From the NCBI RefSeq assembly GCF_009914755.1, contig NC_060934.1: a stretch of 64,000 bases of DNA. The stretch is one strand, 5' to 3'. The position numbers and the translations under genes were made by a program. Within the stretch, counting starts at the first letter, position 1; each line of letters opens with the position of its first letter. The notes below the pieces were generated by a model, which had not been told where the DNA came from, did no database searches, and was given only the letters and a program-made list of their open reading frames with translations. The stretch comes from the human T2T-CHM13v2.0 reference genome, Homo sapiens. This document shows, one piece after another, positions 57,011 through 64,000 of the stretch.

Positions 57011-58059
57011 TACAAGACAAATATGAAATGAGATTTTTGCTCAACTCAATGCTTTAGTCTATTTGATATTTCCATCCTACTTGTTTCCATGTCTTTTTAA
57101 ATCAAAGTCCTTTCAAATGTGTCTTCATTGCTAATATGCAGGTGAGGGAATGGACGGGAATCAATGTGATGCTAAAGAAAGGTCAGGACAAAAGGATCTC
57201 ATAGTGAATGCAAATCTTTGATTTTTTAAAAAAATATTTTTCCCTTGCATTTATTTTTAGAGAGAACATTGCACAGATCTCTGGGCTACTGGGAGACCCC
57301 ATGTGCTACAGATACTTATTCAGGATATAAGTATGGTCAACAGATTCTTGTGATGTTATGTTTCTAGAATAATCCAACAAACTTTTGAGTTAGTACTTAA
57401 CAGAGAGAGAGCAAATGAGTGCTATCCTTGGATTTTCTTTTGGCATAAATACAAATGGATTTACTAATGGCTTAAATTTTGTCAGATGCCAAAGATGCAA
57501 CTGCATTCTTGCTATTAATATTTCATTACTCACTAATAGCTTTTTGCATAGGGATAGAAATATCTAGGCTTATGAAGTGATGCGATAACAGCTCCTTTTG
57601 TTGATGTTATAAAGGATGGAATATTGTTTTTATTAATAACTTGTTGACTTTTATATGTTGAATCTGTACTAAAATAGCTCAACATGCTAATTCCAATAGT
57701 CCATGGCTTTAGTGTATGAAAAATGTTCTTCTGCTATTGCTTTATTGTTCCGTAGAATTTTCCTAAATGCAGGAGTTTACTTTTGTGTTTTGTCCAGTAA
57801 CGAAGACCTTCTCTCTAGATCATTCCTTCCTCTCCCTACCCAGAGATTTGCAAAGTCTGAAGGAATGGCTATTGTAATAAACTCTTCTTGAAATTTGTAA
57901 AACAATTTTAGCATTTTGTTTATAGTTTATGGCAAATAAAGTACCTTAGTTGTTTCGTATTTGTTTCTCTGAGATGCCATTTTATAGTAAAAAACAAATC
58001 CTTGATATGCACCATATTATATTAGGTGTGTTCCTAATAATCTTTCAAAATTGCCAATC

Positions 58060-58280
58060 AGAAATATGACTAAGTGACTCCAGGGTGTACTAGTTGTGTG
58101 TCCTTGGGAAATAAAACAATCCTTTCTGTCATTCTGTTCCATTATTGGTAAAAGGGGGATAACAGTAGTACCTCAAAGATTTGTTATGAAAATTCAAGAA
58201 GTTCTTTATATTGTACATGCTGAAAATAGTGCCTGTGTGTGTAAGCACCTGGTAAAAATTAGCTGTCATTGTTATTATCA
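58060..58280 (+). mobile_element. MIR
   Basis: Contains aaaagggggataacagtagtacctcaaagatttgttatgaaaattcaag. Confidence 0.8.
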
Positions 58281-58604
58281 AATGTGAAGATAGATCATTG
58301 TCATACTATTATTGTAAAAAAATGTGGATGATGGAGCTGTATGTGTATTTAGTTAAATACTTAAACTGGTGAGTATTTTATAAAGCGAATCCTTGTATTT
58401 AACCTGTGTACATATCATAAAAAAGACACAAAATATGGATAAATCAATTCTTTATTTGAATGTTTATGTTATTTGAAGTCTGTATAATTCTTGCAAGATA
58501 CATAATAGAAAAAAAGACTTGAAAAATTAATAGCATGACAAATATTATGAATAATACCAAAGAATCATTTACATTCTTCTCCCTTTATTGTGATTCAGTT
58601 GGCT

Positions 58605-59160
58605 GTTATAGCAAGTGTTTTTGGTTGCCTCTCTGACAACCATCTTTCTGCTGCTGTTACTTGTTAACAGAATTCTAATTCTATTCAGGTATCTACTTTC
58701 CCCCCAGTGCCTCAGGGTTAGACTCTGATAGATCTTATCCTGTTTGGTGCAATCTCCTATTCCCTGGATCCATAATTGGTTTAACCAAGGGCATGTTATA
58801 CAGCTCTAACTAATGAGACCTGAGGGAAAGTCTGCTGAAGGGATTGGGAGAAATGTTTGATTGGTTCAAAATGGAAAAGGCCTCCTTTTCTGCTTCTGGA
58901 CACTTGCAGGGATGTAATGCTGGGAACTGTTGCAGACATCTTGTGATCACTAAGTCTCAAGCTTTGAGACAAAATTGACACATGAAGATGGTAAAAGAGT
59001 GAGATGAAGGAAAGCTGTGTCCTGGAAGATGGTGCTCAGGCAATTAATTAACCAACCTTGGAACTGTCAACCTCTTGGATTCTTTTATAAGACAATAAAT
59101 TCCTTACTGGTGTAATTCAGTTGTGTCAGTCAGCCTTTTCTGATGCAGCTAAAATAGACA
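58605..59160 (+). mobile_element. MLT1K-like MaLR LTR
   Basis: Contains ggcatgttatacagctctaactaatgagacctgagggaaagtctgctg...gacaataaattcctta. Confidence 0.75.
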
Positions 59161-60594
59161 CCTTCAATTATATTACTCATTGTATATTTTTGTTTTCTTA
59201 TATTCTTCAGAGAATTATGCAAATGGAAAAATAAGTAATTTATAACTGTAGGATTCTGTAGATACTTAACATTTTATACAGAATATTTTTCAAAATATAG
59301 CAGCATTTCACATCTCTTTCTCAAAGAGAAATAGAACCACTTCATACAGTGTTAGCAATACTTTGAAAATATTTTTTAACTTTCAAAATTTAAGAAAGAC
59401 ATACATATAGTAAACCTGCATCAATCTTAATTGACACTCAATGAGTTTTTATAAAGAGAACACACCCATGTAAACCACCATCCAGATCAACATAGAGAAC
59501 ATTACTAGCTTCCCAGATGTCTTCCTTGTGCTTTGTGCAGTCAACACCATTTCCTCAAGGGTAACCACATTTCTAACACCATAGATAAATATTTCTGTCT
59601 TTGAATGTTATGTTTAGATCATGTAACATGCACCCTTTTGTGTCTGGCTTTTTTTGCGTAACAGTTTGAAATATGAGATTCATGTATATCTTGCGTAGCA
59701 ATAGTAGTTTATTTCATTTCTCTATAGTATTGTTTTGTATGAATATTCCACAGTTTATCCATTTTATTATGATGGACATTTAGATTTTTGGCTACTATAA
59801 ATGATGCAGGTATGAACAGTTTGATACATGTCTTTGATTGTATACATATTTATACATTTCTGTTGAGTAAATGCTTAGGTGTGGGATTGATGAGTCATAG
59901 GGTGGGCAAATACTACTTTTTAGTAGATATTGTCAGAATTTTCTAAAATGATTGTATTTGATATAAACTTCTAACAGCCATATATGAATGAAAAATTTGC
60001 TCCACACACTTGCCAACCATGATATTGTCAGTTTTAATTTTAGCCTATCTGATGTGCAGCACTATCTCATTTTAGTTTCTATTTTCATTTCTCTGATAAC
60101 TAATGAGGGTGAACACCATTTTATATGTTTACTGGTCATTTGGACATCCTTTTTTGAAATTAATATTTAAGTATTTCGACTGTTTTTTAAAATGCCTTTT
60201 TTCTTATTGACCTATAAGAATTCATTATATATTGGGGATGTAAGTTCTTTATCAAATGTAGGTATTGAAATATCTTTTCCTCTATGCAGCTTGCCTTTTC
60301 ACTCTGTTAATGATATCTTTGTAGAAAAAAAGGTTTTGGTTTAGTGAAGTCCAATTTATTGGCCTTTTCCTTTATAATTGTAGTTTCTGTGTTATGACTA
60401 AGAAATCTTTGCCTACCCTAAGATTATAAATATAGTCTTCTCTATTATCTTTAGAAGATTTATTATTTCTTTCATTCATTTGGAATTGATTATTATTTAG
60501 GTGTGAGGTAGGGGTAAAAACACATTTATTTCTGTATAAATTCTGTTGATTCCAGTGTTTTGCCAAGCAGCTTTCCCATAAATCTGATGACTGT

Positions 60595-60860
60595 ATCTAT
60601 ATATCTCTCTATATATATATTATTATATATAACGTATTATATATTATTATATATACGTATTATATATACGTAATATATATATTACGTATATTATACGTAT
60701 AATATACGTATAATATACGTATATATATTACGTATAATATACGTATATTACGTATATTATATATACGTAATATATAATACGTATTGTATATTATTATATA
60801 TAATACATATTATATATATTATTATATATAATACATATTATATATATTATTATATATAAA
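60595..60860. repeat. Palindromic AT-rich low-complexity repeat with recurring TACGTA
   Basis: Overlapping perfect 28-bp palindromes at 60664-60691 and 60683-60710. Confidence 0.9.
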
Positions 60861-61250
60861 AAATCATATAAATATATAAGCTCTGCTGTTTCATTTGTCT
60901 CCTTTTCATCCTTGTATCAATACATCACAGTAGTAGTCTGTAATTCTGTAAATTCTGAAACTTTGTTCTTTCTTCAAAATTGTTTGTATTATTCTTTGAA
61001 CTTTGCATTTCTATATACACTTTTAAATGAGTTTGTTAATTTGTGCCAGAAATAAGCCTGCTGGAATTTTGATTGGATTGCATTTAATCTATACAATAAT
61101 GTGGAGAGAATTTACATCTTTACAACATGAAGTCTCCTAAGCCATCAACATTTATTTTGATTTCCTTTATTTTCTCTCAGTGATGTCCTAAGATTTTCTG
61201 TTAAAGGTCCTACACATATTTTACCCTGTTAAATTTATTTCTAAGTTAGG

Positions 61251-61535
61251 TTTCTTTCTTTCTTTCTTTCTTTTTTTTTTTTTTTTAAAGACAGGGTCTC
61301 GCTCTGTTGCCCAGAAAGCCTGGAGTGCAGCTCAAGTGATTCTCCTGCCTCAGTCTTCCAAGTACCTGGGACTACAGGCTTGCACCACCATGCCTGGCCA
61401 GCTTTAAAATTTATTTTATACAGATGGGGTCTTGCTATGTTGCCCAGGCTGGTCTCAAACTCCTAGCCTCAAGCAATCCTCCCACCTTGGCCTCCCAAAG
61501 TGCTAGAATTACAGGCATCAGCCACCAGGCCTAGC
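61251..61535 (-). mobile_element. AluJ with an internal deletion
   Basis: Junction tggagtgcag|ctcaagtg and a (TTTC)n tail. Confidence 0.9.
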
Positions 61536-62699
61536 TATTTCTAAATTTTTTAATGTTTTAATGCTATTGTAATATCTTTAAAATTTTAATTTTCTACCTG
61601 CTTGTTGTTAGTATACAAAAATAAAATTGATTAGTAGTTCTAATAGTTTCTTTGTGATTCTCTTAGGGTTTCTATTTGCACATGTTTGTCATCACTGAAT
61701 AATAACATGTTTATTTCTTCCTTTCCAATTCTCACACCTTCAGTTTGTTTTTCTTTCTGATTGCATTGGTTAGGAATTTCAGTACAATATGAATAGAAGT
61801 GTTGATACAAAGATAACAGACATTTTTGTTCCTATTTCAGTGGGAAAGCTTTAAATATTTCAACATTGATTATGATGCTTGCTGAAGGTTTTTGTAGATA
61901 ATCCTTATTATATTAAGGAAGGTCCCTTCTCTTCCTCATTTGCTAAGCTTTTGTCATGAAGTGGTTGAATTTTATCAAATGCGTTTTCTATATTTGATGC
62001 ACTGCTAGGATGATCATATACTTTTTCTAGTATATTCTGTTAATGTGCTGAACTATACTGAATGGTTTCTTAATGTTAAACTGACCTTGTATTTCTGGAA
62101 TGAACCCAAGTTTATTATAATAGGTTATTTTGTGTACAGCTGGGTTCATTTTGCTTCGCATATGTGCAGCTTAGGAATCAGAAATGCCTTTGGGAAAAGT
62201 TCTTGCATAATGTTAGCTTACTTCTTTTTAGTTTTTGTGCTTTTAGATATTAGTCTCTCAAGTTTTGCCTGCCTTAGTGTCACCAAACTCCAGATTTTGT
62301 CTTCCCAGGTCAGCCATACTGATTAAGCTCTAGGCCAGCCCTGTGTCTTCAAGGGAAAAAAAAATCTGCAGTGAGTAGAGTGCTCACCTCAGTGAGGTAT
62401 TCTTCCCTCAGGATCTTGGATCCTCAAGTCCTGGTTGCTTTGGTTGCTCTCCAAAGCCTTTAAACAATTAGAGGCTTTGTTTGTTTGTTTTATTTTATAC
62501 AGATCTTTGAGTTAGTTTCAGCAAGAGGGTTGATTTGAAACAAGTTATACCCGTTAAAGGCCATTAATGACCAGAAGTGGGGGTTCCAAAATATGTAAAA
62601 AGGCTCATGAGCAGGTGCATGTATTTTGGGAGGATACTCAGGAAATAAATATTCCTGTACTCTATCAAATGTATATGTTAAACAGAAACATTCCAGTCA

Positions 62700-63800
62700 G
62701 AGGAAGACTTTAAATAACTATGTCTAGTATGTTCATGAAGTTAAATACAGCTTAAAATTTCAACAGAGAACTAGAAACTAGTAAAAGAATCAAATGGATA
62801 GTCTAGAAGAGAAAAACACAATAACTCAAGTAGTGAGAACCCCATGTTTAGATGTAAGAGCGGATGAGATAGCTGGAGGAAGAAAATTAGTGAATTAGAA
62901 TTTGGGTCAGAAGAAACTATTTACTAGGAAGTTTAGAGAAATAAAAAGGTAGACTATGTAGAAAAGAGCTTAAAAAACAGAATAGAGTGAGAAATTACAA
63001 TCTATGTGTTACCGAGGTCCTACAGGAAGAGCAGAGAATGAAACAAAACCAATATTTGAAGAAATGATGGCTGAGAATACTGGTGAGAGAAATCAAGCCA
63101 CAGGAAGTACTATTAACTCCAAAGAAGTACTATTAACTCCAAGGAGGATAAAAATGAAAACCAAAACTATACATAGAATAGTATAATGGGTGAAAACCAA
63201 ATACAATTTTTTTTTAAATAGACAAAGAAATGTTTTAGGAGCTATAGTAAGAGTGAAAGTTGACTTTCTGTTAGATAGGATGGAAGGCAGAAGTCAGTGT
63301 AATGACATCTTCAAAATGCCAAAAGAAAATAAGTGCTAGCTTTGAATGTTATATCTTTCATAAATGAATTTGAAATAAACTCATTTTCAGACAAGTGAAG
63401 ACAAATTTATCAGCATCAGAGCAGCACTAAAGAAAATATTAATGGGTATTCTTCAGGCAGAGGAAAATGTTTCTAAATGACAGTCTGGAGATACAGGAAA
63501 GAATGAAGGGGAATACAAATATTGAATGTGGGTAAATGTAAATGAACACTGTACAACTCAGTAATAGTAGTACTTTAAAATATGCTAGAACATAAATTGG
63601 AAGGGAAGTTAATTATGTATTTAATATCTATGCATTATCTGGGAAGAGAATTTATATTAGATTTTGATAAGCCAAGGATGTATATTGTACTCTCTTGGGA
63701 TACATCTAAAATAATAGTAAAAGGATAAATAACTATGAATCTAATAGATAAGAAAAATGAAATAATAAATAATGGATCCAAAAAAGGAATCCAGGAGAGA
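62700..63800 (+). mobile_element. Old L1M ORF1 remnant
   Basis: ORF 63004-63186 contains IFEEMMAEN, an L1 ORF1 motif. Also ggaaggcagaagtcagtgtaatgacatcttcaaaatgc. Confidence 0.8.
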
Positions 63801-64000
63801 AAAAGAACAAATATATATGTTTTAAAAGATCTACTTGTATTGCAGTGGGAGTGCCCATTACAGTATCTGGGCCACCTTATTGCCAGCAGTGGAAAATCCT
63901 TTATTATCTTTTTGGCATAAGCAAATCATTCGTCTCTCCTTCACTTTCATAAACTATTATTTTTTAGTATTTTTTACACTCTTATTTATTCTGGATTTTA

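Larger units (their letters stand above)
59370..62560 (-). mobile_element. Old L1M (ME/MC-like) fragment with nested AluJ and an AT-rich repeat
   Basis: 3'UTR acacccatgtaaaccaccatccagatcaacatagagaacatt and ORF2 remnants to about 62150. Confidence 0.75.

Noticed and set aside
57120-58375. Strong donors CAG|GTGAGG (about 57141) and CTG|GTGAGT (about 58368)
   Set aside because: No convincing paired acceptor. Isolated donors are common by chance.

Overview
This is human/primate-type genomic DNA: AT-rich, CpG-depleted, with no CpG island and no long coding ORF. It looks like the interior of long introns of a gene transcribed from the + strand. Support for that: 14 of 19 Alus and most L1 sequence lie on the - strand, and the best splice-site pairs are on +. 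More than half the window is interspersed repeat: old L1M fossils, L1PA 3' fragments, Alus, MIR, L2, CR1/L3, solo LTRs (LTR15-like, MLT2, LTR16-like, MLT1, THE1) and DNA transposons (MER85, Charlie1a, MER119, Tigger1, MER47, MER58, MER3/33, MER5). The supplied ORFs are spurious or repeat-derived. The most interesting non-repeat signal is a series of four very short + strand exon candidates (30, 13 or 6, 30 and 33 nt) at about 20.8, 43.1, 52.0 and 54.6 kb. They can be chained in frame into alternative short C-terminal peptides. I could not identify the host gene. Repeat family names come from recalled consensus sequences, not from a search. I found no convincing evidence of a wholly new biological system.
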